Of a DNA stretch of 27,467 nucleotides, positions 1 through 7,518 are shown one piece after another. Both the position numbers and the translations under genes were made by a program. Positions within the stretch are counted from its first letter, which is position 1; every line of letters begins with the position of its first letter. Origin of the DNA: a virus (lineage: Duplodnaviria; Caudoviricetes); IMG/VR virus record IMGVR_UViG_3300009566_000016, positions 1 through 27,467 of that record. The stretch is one strand, 5' to 3'. The notes below the pieces were generated by a model. That model saw only the letters and a program-made list of their open reading frames with translations, had not been told where the DNA came from and ran no database searches.

Positions 1-55
1 ATTCTAATTTAAATTTTAGTTGTACTTTTTATTCAAATTTGACAACCAGCTATAA

Positions 56-484
56 CTAAACTTCTGCTGGCGCATCCTCCACCTCAGCACCGATCCCCAG
101 GAATTCAGCTTTTAGCTTCCTGGCCTTGCTCATGGCTGCGCTATATGACATCTTCCTGCAGCTGCCTATATGGATATTCTTTACCTTGGATCCTTGCCGC
201 CATGAGGCCATCCAATATTCATATTTCTTTGTGCCTCCTTTTCTGCTGCTCCTTTCTTTCTCCATCTTCCACACGTTGATATCTTGGAACCTTGCCAAAT
301 CATGGAGATCATCAGCCTTGGCTAAATTCTCTGCAGCTTCAATTTCCAGCTCCTCAGCTTTCTCATGGGCTGCCTCAATTCCCAGATCCAAGCCAGCTGC
401 ATGGGCTCTGTTTGCTTTCTTTAGGACTCGGCGGGCCTCTTTCCTCAGCTCTTTAATCTCCTTTCCGGTTGGCGTCTGGTGCAT
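56..484 (-). CDS. Coiled-coil protein with a C-terminal three-stranded beta DNA-binding-like motif (DUF6788/arm-binding-like)
   Basis: 142 aa; helical N-terminus, then YEYWMASWRQGSKVKNIHIGSC. TATA box (minus CTTATATAG, 506-514) lies about 25 nt before the ATG, suggesting a near-leaderless transcript. Confidence 0.7.
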   Translation of the reverse strand: MHQTPTGKEIKELRKEARRVLKKANRAHAAGLDLGIEAAHEKAEELEIEAAENLAKADDLHDLARFQDINVWKMEKERSSRKGGTKKYEYWMASWRQGSKVKNIHIGSCRKMSYSAAMSKARKLKAEFLGIGAEVEDAPAEV

Positions 485-490
485 ATAAGT

Positions 491-541
491 TAGTTCTATG
501 ACATTCTATATAAGCATTACTACATAATGTCATAGAACAAA
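491..541. promoter_or_regulatory. Inverted-repeat operator, copy 1, enclosing a TATA box
   Basis: GTTCTATGACAT (493-504), 22 nt, ATGTCATAGAAC (527-538); CTATATAAGCAT at 506-517 lies in the spacer. The same arms recur at 4366-4410. Confidence 0.75.
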
Positions 542-764
542 GGGCGAAGAAAAAGCAGCCATCTGGGAACTTGGGTATTATCGGGATGCTGGAGGCGCTC
601 CGTAGGCATCCCACATACTCCCTCGCCGCAGTGATGGAAGGGGCTCGCGATTTTAGAGCACTTCATTAAAAGGCCTAGGGCGCATTATCTCATGGTTACC
701 AGGGCAAGGGCTTGAAAAAAAAGATGAATCTCAAGTTTAAGGGCATCCTGGTGGCTCGGGAATT

Positions 765-1145
765 TTACTCTACTACAGTCCAATTAGAGAATATCTTTTC
801 ATTCAATGTGAACATCGGGCAGAGCTTTGCAAAATCAGAATATGATGATTTCTTTCTCAGCTTTGATGCTAAGGGCTCCATGCAGATAGTACCAAAGGGA
901 AACCCTACGTTATCATCACCTTCTTCTATTTTTGCTAAGGCGCATATGAGGCATGATTTTTCTATCGTGCGTGCTGGCTGCTCAGATTCCAGGGCTGGCC
1001 TCATCCAAACATTGTCAACGTCTACCGATAAAACGATATGCCTGATACGGTTTAAAACTAGATCTTGGCCAGGCTTGAATACCCGGCCATCTGGAAATAC
1101 ATCATCCTCATGAACTACCTCGTCACCGCACCAATATTGCACCAT
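765..1145 (-). CDS. Hypothetical protein (126 aa) with C-terminal Cys cluster
   Basis: Start moved to ATG 1145 (MVQYW...), which follows an AGGTGTGA SD and lies just after the upstream stop. Contains CLIC...C...CP. A minus-strand T-run follows at about 715-722. Confidence 0.65.
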   Translation of the reverse strand: MVQYWCGDEVVHEDDVFPDGRVFKPGQDLVLNRIRHIVLSVDVDNVWMRPALESEQPARTIEKSCLICALAKIEEGDDNVGFPFGTICMEPLASKLRKKSSYSDFAKLCPMFTLNEKIFSNWTVVE

Positions 1146-1147
1146 AT

Positions 1148-1333
1148 TCACACCTGGAAGGGCTGGGCTTGATTCTCGGCACCGCAGATTATAGCACAGT
1201 CCCAGAAAGGATGGCTCTCGGTAGTATATATTTGTCTCCAAGCCATGCAACCATGTTCCAGGCAGGGCTTTTTGAGGTGCGGACACATCTTTTTCTCTGC
1301 CTTGGCTTTTGGCGTCTCTCCACCGACCACCAT
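1148..1333 (-). CDS. Small Cys-rich protein (CPHLKKPCLEHGCMAW...DCAI)
   Basis: 61 aa; start overlaps the upstream stop; four or five Cys in a zinc-finger-like arrangement. Confidence 0.7.
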   Translation of the reverse strand: MVVGGETPKAKAEKKMCPHLKKPCLEHGCMAWRQIYTTESHPFWDCAIICGAENQAQPFQV

Positions 1334-1578
1334 TAAACCGCCACCTGATCATTATATCCCAGGAGATCGTTTTGATTGTGCACCACACGGCTTAGAGATC
1401 CACGAACTAACACCTCTTCCGGGGCCATGCTCCGTGGGAATTGATGGTATTTTATATAAAGCTCATAATCCTTCCCAGATCTCCTTATTGATAACCTGCC
1501 TTTTCTTTCGCCGTGCCGGAAGTTGGCACAGCAATCTATCTCGCCGCCATTTTCAAAATCGGATGGCTTGATTATCAA
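1333..1578 (-). CDS. Hypothetical protein
   Basis: 81 aa, abutting both neighbours in a tightly packed operon. Confidence 0.65.
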   Translation of the reverse strand: MIIKPSDFENGGEIDCCANFRHGERKGRLSIRRSGKDYELYIKYHQFPRSMAPEEVLVRGSLSRVVHNQNDLLGYNDQVAV

Positions 1579-2082
1579 TTAAACCATCTCCCCAGGCTTG
1601 GCGTAGCTGATTATTTCCCAGCTGGCTATCTGCCGAACCTCACAAACCTGGTTTAACTCATTCTCGTCTATTACAGTTAATGCATCCTTAATATTTACCT
1701 TCGCTATCTTGTTGAACAGATCAGGCCAGATGGCGAGGAACCTTTCTGAAACTATTTGCCTTCTGCTTGATACTCTGGGCTGAACCTCTAACTTTCCAAT
1801 TCGGGTAACCTTAAGAATTGCTAAGGTTTCAAACAGATTTTGTAAGTGCTCCTCATCTCTTTTTAATTGTGCTCGTCTCTTCCTGATTGATTCCTGAAGC
1901 TCCCAGGCTTCCTTAATTGCTCTCTCTGCCTCTTCCATCAAGTTCACCTCACCAAGAACCTCTCTGGGCGGACAGTCCTTGCATTCATAGCCCAGACCGT
2001 TCACCCTATATCCCACAGGTGGCTTACAATTCTTAGAAGAAAAATCTAAGCCCTTATCCTTGCAAGGCCACCTTTTTCTCAT
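1579..2082 (-). CDS. N-terminal Cys4 module fused to a coiled-coil viral protein
   Basis: ATG 2082 follows a GGTGA SD (the ORF track starts at 2100). PC...NCKPPVGYRVNG...CKDCP is followed by a long helix. A second strong SD (GGTGAGGTG) precedes the in-frame ATG at 1938. Confidence 0.7.
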   Translation of the reverse strand: MRKRWPCKDKGLDFSSKNCKPPVGYRVNGLGYECKDCPPREVLGEVNLMEEAERAIKEAWELQESIRKRRAQLKRDEEHLQNLFETLAILKVTRIGKLEVQPRVSSRRQIVSERFLAIWPDLFNKIAKVNIKDALTVIDENELNQVCEVRQIASWEIISYAKPGEMV

Positions 2083-2290
2083 TACCATCACCGATTTCAA
2101 TTAAACCTTCTAACACTCTATCGAAGAACTCTGCATCCGGGCCAAGTCTCTGCCTTGCCTCCTGGAGAACCTTCAAGGCTGGACATCCGGCGCAGGCTCG
2201 GCCATTCTCTCGAAATCCGATAGGTGGAGCGCAGTTTGAGGCCACATAAACAAGGCTCCTATTGAAGCATGGATATCCTAGTTTTTCCAT
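2054..2290 (-). CDS. Small Cys4 protein, paralogue of the N-terminus of the next gene
   Basis: PC...NCAPPIGFRENG..CAGCP; ATG 2290 follows GGTGA. Confidence 0.7.
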   Translation of the reverse strand: MEKLGYPCFNRSLVYVASNCAPPIGFRENGRACAGCPALKVLQEARQRLGPDAEFFDRVLEGLIEIGDGNEKKVALQG

Positions 2291-2308
2291 AAGGATCACC
2301 GGAAAAAT

Positions 2309-3181
2309 TTAGGCAGCCGCCATGCCTGCAGCTTGGCTTCTCTCTGGGATCTTTCCGGTTAATACAAACTCAACTGCCTCTCTCGCCCTCTTCGAGGCCT
2401 TGAGGATCCAGGCAGGATTTTCTTTCAGCGGCTTTAACCAGGACTGGATATAAGCGGTGCTGTTCTTGATTGTGGCCGAGGTATCCAAATCTGCCAGCTG
2501 GCACATGAAGGCTGCTCCCATCTCTGCCGTTAGCTCTTCAAGGCTCCTGACTTGGCGATCTAGCGTATAGTCAGTAACGCTTCTCCTTGCCAACCTGCGA
2601 GGTCCTCCGGTCCAGTGGGTTAACTCGTGGAAATTCGAGCTGTAATAATCCTCGCTGCTATCGAATTGATCTATACAGGGAGTATAAATTGCATCATCTA
2701 TTGGCGAGTAAAAGCATTCAGACTTATGATATTTTAATTCTGGATGCCTCATTTTAAGGAGGACCTCAGCACTATCTACCTTGAAATTCTGGTGTTCTAC
2801 CGGCTTCTTCTCTGGCAGGTTGGCACATTGCTCCCAGTTAAAAACCGTGTAGGTCTTCAGGAATGGGATTTTTCTTACTATCTTCTCGCCGGTTTGCTCG
2901 TTCTCGATTTTCTTTATCATATGGTTTACAAACACGATCAAGCGGCCATGCTCGCCAGCCTTGACATATCCTCTCTGGGATTGAGCTTGCCGATATGTCA
3001 ACCAATATTGGCTTTGATAACCGCTTTGTAAAAGGAATACATTGATTCCCTTGTATTCCTGATCTGAAACGTAGGAGATAGGTGCGCTAGTTGACCAAGG
3101 GCGGCGCCAAGGAATTATGCCTTCTTCCAGCTGCCTTAAAATCTGAGCAGTAACACTGCTGAAAACGTCGGAGGAGGCCAT
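2309..3181 (-). CDS. ardC: ArdC-family antirestriction protein (ssDNA-binding domain plus zincin-like MPTase domain)
   Basis: IPWRRPW, YKGIN, WLTYRQA, VKAGEHG and YTVFN in the N-domain; FYSP..DAI and HELTHWTG...EELTAEMGA in the C-domain. Confidence 0.92.
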   Translation of the reverse strand: MASSDVFSSVTAQILRQLEEGIIPWRRPWSTSAPISYVSDQEYKGINVFLLQSGYQSQYWLTYRQAQSQRGYVKAGEHGRLIVFVNHMIKKIENEQTGEKIVRKIPFLKTYTVFNWEQCANLPEKKPVEHQNFKVDSAEVLLKMRHPELKYHKSECFYSPIDDAIYTPCIDQFDSSEDYYSSNFHELTHWTGGPRRLARRSVTDYTLDRQVRSLEELTAEMGAAFMCQLADLDTSATIKNSTAYIQSWLKPLKENPAWILKASKRAREAVEFVLTGKIPERSQAAGMAAA

Positions 3182-3313
3182 TTAAACTGCCTCCTGGTAT
3201 CCTAGCTCTTGCAGGTCTCCAAGAACATCATACATTAATCTGGTTGCGAGCTCTTCCTTCTCGCACAACGGAAGCTTCAAAGCCTCCTCAAAAAGTTGGT
3301 CTAAGGTCCTCAT
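3182..3313 (-). CDS. 43-aa protein resembling an addiction-module (TIGR02574-like) antitoxin
   Basis: Below the ORF-track cut-off: MRTLDQLFEEALKLPLCEKEELATRLMYDVLGDLQELGYQEAV. It fills the gap between the SWIM gene and ardC, and its stop abuts the ardC ATG. Family resemblance judged by eye. Confidence 0.55.
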   Translation of the reverse strand: MRTLDQLFEEALKLPLCEKEELATRLMYDVLGDLQELGYQEAV

Positions 3314-3315
3314 GG

Positions 3316-3975
3316 CTAATACCCCAGGACCTCGCAGAGATGGCTTTCAACTTTCTCAAGGTTTTTGTATTCCTTGCTATCGAATTTCTTTTGCTCGGTG
3401 AGCTGATGCAGGCGATTTTGTATACTATCAAGATCTCTCTTTGATTCTGTAAACTTAGCAAAATCATAAGGCGCTGATCCCTTGGTTGCCCAGGCTGCAT
3501 AATCGCTGTGAAGATATGCGGTGTAATCCTCAATTGCTTGTTTTGTTGCTGGTCCTACCCTGGAAAGCTCGGGGAACCCTGCCTTAAAGTGGCTGCAAGT
3601 CTTATTATAAAAGAATCCTTTGCAGTGACATCCTTCAGCAGTGACACGATAATAATATTTGCCTGTGCTCGATAATACTAATATAATCCTCTCAAGTGTC
3701 TCACCAGGGATCTTTATCGCCTTCGGCGGAACTTCGATCTTTTCGCCGCTCAATACTGAGGCAAGCTGCAATGCAAAACTAATTGATACTATATCATTAG
3801 GCTGGGCGGAGGCCGGCAGGTTCCTTAAAACAACTGTCATTAACTCTTTCTCTGCAGCATCTCTCGCTTCTCTCGCCTTGGCTTCATTGGCTAGCTCCAA
3901 GGCTATCCAGCTTGGCTCTTTGGTCTCAACTGCTGGCTTATCTATCTGGCTGGTCGGGCCAGATTGGGTATTCAT
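3316..3975 (-). CDS. SWIM zinc-finger protein with C-terminal coiled coil
   Basis: VLSSTGKYYYRVTAEGCHCKGFFYNKTCSH fits the SWIM CxC-xn-CxH pattern; AGGAGAGG SD upstream. Confidence 0.8.
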   Translation of the reverse strand: MNTQSGPTSQIDKPAVETKEPSWIALELANEAKAREARDAAEKELMTVVLRNLPASAQPNDIVSISFALQLASVLSGEKIEVPPKAIKIPGETLERIILVLSSTGKYYYRVTAEGCHCKGFFYNKTCSHFKAGFPELSRVGPATKQAIEDYTAYLHSDYAAWATKGSAPYDFAKFTESKRDLDSIQNRLHQLTEQKKFDSKEYKNLEKVESHLCEVLGY

Positions 3976-4047
3976 CGTTTATCCTCTCCTTGTGTTTCGC
4001 GGGTGGTCTATAATCCCGCTTATTATTTCATAATAAGTAGCAAGCGG

Positions 4048-4084
4048 CTATATAAGCATGTTGTTAACAACGTTGTTGTTAAGA
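4048..4084 (-). promoter_or_regulatory. TATA promoter of the leftward early operon with adjacent TGTTGWTAACA-like boxes
   Basis: CTATATAAGCAT (4048-4059) is identical to 506-517. TGTTGTTAACA at 4059-4069 and TGTTGTTAAGA at 4074-4084. Confidence 0.6.
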
Positions 4085-4363
4085 CTTTCTGGCTCAGAAA
4101 CGCCATCATTTCTAGCCCTAAACCGCTATCCTTGGCCAGAATCGACGAGTTGTACGCGACGAAAACGGGTTTAAGGGATTGCAGACAGAACGCGCGCGCA
4201 TGCATAAATACTTTACAAAGTCTTTTGCCGGCTGAGCCCAGCTGCAGGTCTGGATTTACTCGGCCCATTCATCCCGATTAATGCAAGCTAGAAACCAAAA
4301 TTAAAATTATTCTTCTCTCAAAAACTTTACAGTATCCACGACCGGCTCGCACAGCCTCCAAAA

Positions 4364-4413
4364 TAGTTCTATGACATCTCTACTATATATTGTTATCAAT
4401 GTCATAGAACAAA
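4364..4413. promoter_or_regulatory. Inverted-repeat operator, copy 2
   Basis: TAGTTCTATGACAT, 21 nt, ATGTCATAGAACAAA; arms identical to copy 1; spacer is AT-rich (CTATATAT). Confidence 0.7.
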
Positions 4414-4507
4414 CTGGAAAGAATGCTCGCCACCCTGTGGACACCAAAAAATTTTCAAGGAAATCCTGGCGTCGTCGTTCTGCGCTATGTGATCCCGGCG
4501 TGTTTAT

Positions 4508-5787
4508 AGGGAAGGGGTGCGGAGAGGGGCGGAAAACTCCGGTCTTTAGGCCGGAGATGTAGAGCCCCTCCCTGATTACTTTCGCACTGCTCTCTAAAGC
4601 TATATATTAAAATATGCTGAAGAGATTAACAAATGAAGACTGCCTACAAGTTCAGGATGTATCCTAACAAGCAACAAGAAGCCGTGTTAGATCTGACTCT
4701 TGAAATTTGCAGGCATCTCTATAACGTGGCTCTCGCTGACCGAAAGAACGCCTATGAGGTTGAAGGCATCAGCAGAACCTATGAAGATCAGGCAGCTATG
4801 TTAACTGCTGAGAAGAAGGAAGGCTATTTCAATGGTGTATTTTCTCAAGTACTCCAAGATGTTCTGAGAAGGTTGGACAAGTCTTTCAAAGCGTTCTTTC
4901 GAAGAGTCAAGGCAGGAGAAGAGCCAGGCTATCCTCGATTCAAGGGTCAAGGATGGTACAAATCTTTCACATATCCTCAAGTCGGTTTCAAACTTGAAGG
5001 TTCTAAGCTGGCTCTCTCTAAGATAGGTTCTATCAGGATCTTCAAGCACCGAGAGATAGAAGGCAAGATCAAGACCTGCACCATCAAGAAGGATAATCTA
5101 GGTCACTGGTATGCGATCCTTGTATCTGAGATGGAAGATGTACCTGAGATAGAACCTAAGACCGCTATCGGTATAGATGTAGGTCTTAAGAACCAGGTAG
5201 CAACTTCAACTGGTGAGACTATTCAATATCCCCGATACTATATCCAAGCTGAACAAAAGCTAGCAGTAGCTCAAAGAAACCTCTCAAGAAAGAAGAAAGG
5301 ATCAAGTAACCGTCAAGTAGCCAAAATCAAGGTTGCTCGACTGCATCAGAAGGTTCAGAATCTCCGAAACGAATTCTTGCATCAAGTATCCAGGAAACTT
5401 GTAGACTCGGCAGACTTAATAGTATTCGAGAACTTGAATATTCAAGGTATGCTCAAGAACCATCATCTAGCAAAGCATATTCAGGATCACGCTTGGGGCA
5501 AGTTGATTCAGTTCACAGAGAGCAAAGCTGCAAAGGCTGGCAAGATAGTTGAACTGGTAGACGCTAGATACACGTCTCAAAAATGCTCTCAGTGTGGCAT
5601 AATAGTTCCTAAGACGTTGGCAGATAGAACCCATCTTTGTCCTAATTGTGGATTACAGATGGATAGGGATATCAATGCCAGCATGAACATTCGCACCCTC
5701 GGACTGAGGGGTAGAGCCTATCGAGATACTGCAATAGCAGATCGTTGAAGTAGGAAGCTCCGCTCTTTAGGGCGGAGAGGAAGTCAC
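4508..5787 (+). mobile_element. IS200/IS605-family element, tnpB-only (IS1341 type)
   Basis: Left hairpin CTCCGGTCTTTAGGCCGGAG (4537-4556) and right hairpin CTCCGCTCTTTAGGGCGGAG; right end TCAC at 5784-5787. The left guide AAAA predicts a TTAT target by the IS608 pairing rule, and TTAT is present at 4504-4507. Confidence 0.88.
4633..5748 (+). CDS. tnpB: RNA-guided endonuclease TnpB
   Basis: AYKFRMYP N-terminus, GYPRFK, RuvC-I IGIDVG, RuvC-II VFENL, CSQC/CPNC zinc finger, RuvC-III DRDINA. The D-E-D triad is intact. Confidence 0.96.
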   Translation: MKTAYKFRMYPNKQQEAVLDLTLEICRHLYNVALADRKNAYEVEGISRTYEDQAAMLTAEKKEGYFNGVFSQVLQDVLRRLDKSFKAFFRRVKAGEEPGYPRFKGQGWYKSFTYPQVGFKLEGSKLALSKIGSIRIFKHREIEGKIKTCTIKKDNLGHWYAILVSEMEDVPEIEPKTAIGIDVGLKNQVATSTGETIQYPRYYIQAEQKLAVAQRNLSRKKKGSSNRQVAKIKVARLHQKVQNLRNEFLHQVSRKLVDSADLIVFENLNIQGMLKNHHLAKHIQDHAWGKLIQFTESKAAKAGKIVELVDARYTSQKCSQCGIIVPKTLADRTHLCPNCGLQMDRDINASMNIRTLGLRGRAYRDTAIADR

Positions 5788-5807
5788 GCACCTAATCATC
5801 TATCCAG
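5640..5807 (+). ncRNA. Predicted TnpB omega/reRNA; guide approximately GCACCTAATCATCTATCCAG (5788-5807)
   Basis: TnpB guide RNAs are known to derive from the element right end plus flanking DNA. The 5' boundary here is a guess. Confidence 0.55.
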
Positions 5808-5883
5808 AATGACAATATCGATTTCAGTAAGTCAGTTGTCATGGATCACTGAAAAGTACAACCATTCTCTGCAGGCTGTTCCT

Positions 5884-5952
5884 CCCCTCCCTAAGGGAGG
5901 GGTTGGGGGTGGGTTAGCCCCGTACATCCCCCCTTTAGGGGGGCTTGGGGGG
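5884..5952. repeat. Two GC-rich palindromes, each followed by TTGGGGG
   Basis: CCCCTCCC-TAA-GGGAGGGG (5884-5902) and CCCCCC-TTTA-GGGGGG (5928-5943). Confidence 0.7.
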
Positions 5953-6326
5953 TCTATTCTTTTTCAAGACGCTGGATGCGGAACCCAGAAAGATTGTAAG
6001 AGAGATTAGTTGGAGGACCAGGCACCGAGCACGAGCCTGAGCCCGGAGGCGGCCACTCAATCTAAACCAAGGCCGGAAGATCCACCTAAGCGACCTGATG
6101 GAACCAGCGCCTTTGTAATGGCCAACCCGAGCGTCCAAGGGCACTCAAACTTATCCCAATGCCCCACACGTCTACCACGCCCTCAGTTCATTAGATGTAG
6201 CGCGAGTTGGCCTGCGCTGGAAGTTGTCTCGCGTTCAGGATCTTCCGGCCTTGTTATATTCAAGGTGGCCGCTGTAGGGCCAGGCTCGCGCGGAGGTGCT
6301 CCTTCCCCTAACCGTTTCGTCTTATT

Positions 6327-6491
6327 CTAATTATGTCCTTTCAAGGCCAGAAGATGGGCCTCGATCGCCTCCTTAGTATTTCTCAGAGTCTCATCGATGG
6401 TTTCACCCTGAGAGTAACAGCCTGGTAGAGCCGGAACCTCGGACCAGAAGCCTCCTTCTTCAGCCTGATGTATCAGAATCGTATGATCCAC
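6327..6491 (-). CDS. hicB: HicB-family antitoxin, N-terminal domain only, no hicA partner
   Basis: Not in the ORF track. GTG start, 54 aa: MDHTILIHQAEEGGFWSEVPALPGCYSQGETIDETLRNTKEAIEAHLLALKGHN, with the hallmark VPALPGCxSQGET..E...N..EAI. Confidence 0.88.
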   Translation of the reverse strand: MDHTILIHQAEEGGFWSEVPALPGCYSQGETIDETLRNTKEAIEAHLLALKGHN

Positions 6492-6680
6492 ATCAATCAC
6501 TGCTTGCAGCTACAATATATATCCTGGAGGATTATAAACGCTATCGGTGGTTGTCAAGCTAACATGAGTATACGCGACATTTATGCTTATGTACCTAAGT
6601 TCATGCCACCGAGATTGCAGACAGAGGACCCAAGCCCTCAGGATCGTATGCCCCAAGATCCCCAGCCCTCCTAATGACTA

Positions 6681-6944
6681 TACCTGCCCTGAAAAATGTG
6701 CTTATGCTGCTTCTCATGTCTACTGCCCCTAAAAAGACGATCCTATTGGCTATCAGCATCCACAATTGATAGCCGCTGCCGCGCGTAGGATAAACGTAGT
6801 TCTTCACCTTTCTCCTACGTGCTCACATATCTACTGCCCTGAAGAATTGAACTCAGCCTTACGGTCTACCGCCCTCTCTTCCTGGACTGGAATCGATGGG
6901 ATCAACGCCCCCGGAATCTATGAGGCTCTTTAGTCTACCGCCCT
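6681..6944. other. Structured non-coding element A: bulged hairpin flanked by TCTACYGCCC boxes
   Basis: Boxes at 6719, 6830, 6865 and 6934, with degenerate copies at 6681 and 6902. Stem ATCCTAT-TGGCTATCA / TGATAGCCG-[CTGCCGCGC]-GTAGGAT (6740-6791). Homologous to 25682-25810. Confidence 0.65.
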
Positions 6945-6996
6945 GGATTTTATGTGGTGACTTCCTCCAGGTACTCAGCTGAATAACCCTGTGTCC

Positions 6997-7105
6997 AGTG
7001 TCTTCATTGATGGAGATAGAGTGAAGACACTAAAAGGCGAACGGGCCGCCTTCGTGTCTCCACTGTCTCCACTGTCTCCACCATTTCTCAAAAATTTCTT
7101 TTCAA
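6997..7105. repeat. Iteron-like cluster, candidate replication origin
   Basis: Inverted repeat AGTGTCTTCA (6997-7006) / TGAAGACACT (7022-7031); hairpin AAGGCG/CGCCTT (7034-7052); TGTCTCCAC x3 in tandem (7055-7081); then an AT-rich tract. The origin role is inference. Confidence 0.6.
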
Positions 7106-7142
7106 CTGGATCCAACAAAAAAGGTCGAACCACAGCATAATC

Positions 7143-7292
7143 CTATTTCGATTGATCTAACTCGTTTTCAATGCGCTCAAGATCGTACATCAGACGAGCT
7201 CTTATTCTGTCAATGTTTGAGCTCAACTCATCCAGTTCCTCTATTGCAGATACCAGATCTCTTTTCATCCCCTCAAGATCCAAAGGTCTCAC
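7143..7292 (-). CDS. Small coiled-coil protein (49 aa)
   Basis: Not in the ORF track: MRPLDLEGMKRDLVSAIEELDELSSNIDRIRARLMYDLERIENELDQSK, with a clear heptad pattern. Confidence 0.5.
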   Translation of the reverse strand: MRPLDLEGMKRDLVSAIEELDELSSNIDRIRARLMYDLERIENELDQSK

Positions 7293-7484
7293 CTACTTGA
7301 GGTCAGCAGTTGATGTATTTGAACTTATGATACTCTGAGTGATTTATGGCCAGGAATCGCCATCAGCTTCAGTTTATGCGCGATCTTGTCACCTGCAGGC
7401 TTCATACCAATCTTTAGGCCAGAGATCGGCAGGTATCATATCCAAGATGTCTATATTGCTCCATCAGACTCCTTTGTCCCGGTA

Positions 7485-7515
7485 TTTTTAAATGTTGATA
7501 ACATTGTTGATAACA
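7485..7515 (+). promoter_or_regulatory. TATA box followed by tandem operator TGTTGATAACA x2
   Basis: TTTTTAAA (7485-7492), TGTTGATAACA at 7493-7503 and 7505-7515, ATG at 7519. Confidence 0.7.
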
Positions 7516-7518
7516 ATC

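Noticed and set aside
765-1388. 207-aa version of the ORF from the track
   Set aside because: The extension overlaps two better genes; the SD and operon packing support ATG 1145.
5809-6330. Short ORFs on both strands (66, 69, 106 aa)
   Set aside because: Pro/Gly/Arg-rich translations of GC-rich hairpin DNA, with no SD or recognisable motifs.
6735-6754. Self-targeting of element A by the second TnpB guide
   Set aside because: Only 15 of 20 positions match, with mismatches in the seed, and no TTAG motif upstream.
6736-6797. HDV-like ribozyme reading of elements A and B (minus strand GG-P4-CCRA-TAGGA resembles J4/2 plus P2)
   Set aside because: Only about 11 nt separate the P2-like strand from the GG, too few for P3, L3 and the P1 3' strand, and copy B has no UCC-type L3.
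6681-6944. CRISPR or TIGR array interpretation of the periodic boxes
   Set aside because: Repeats are only about 10 nt and irregular, with no box C/D motifs and no cas or Nop-domain gene in the window. Kept only as an unassigned array.
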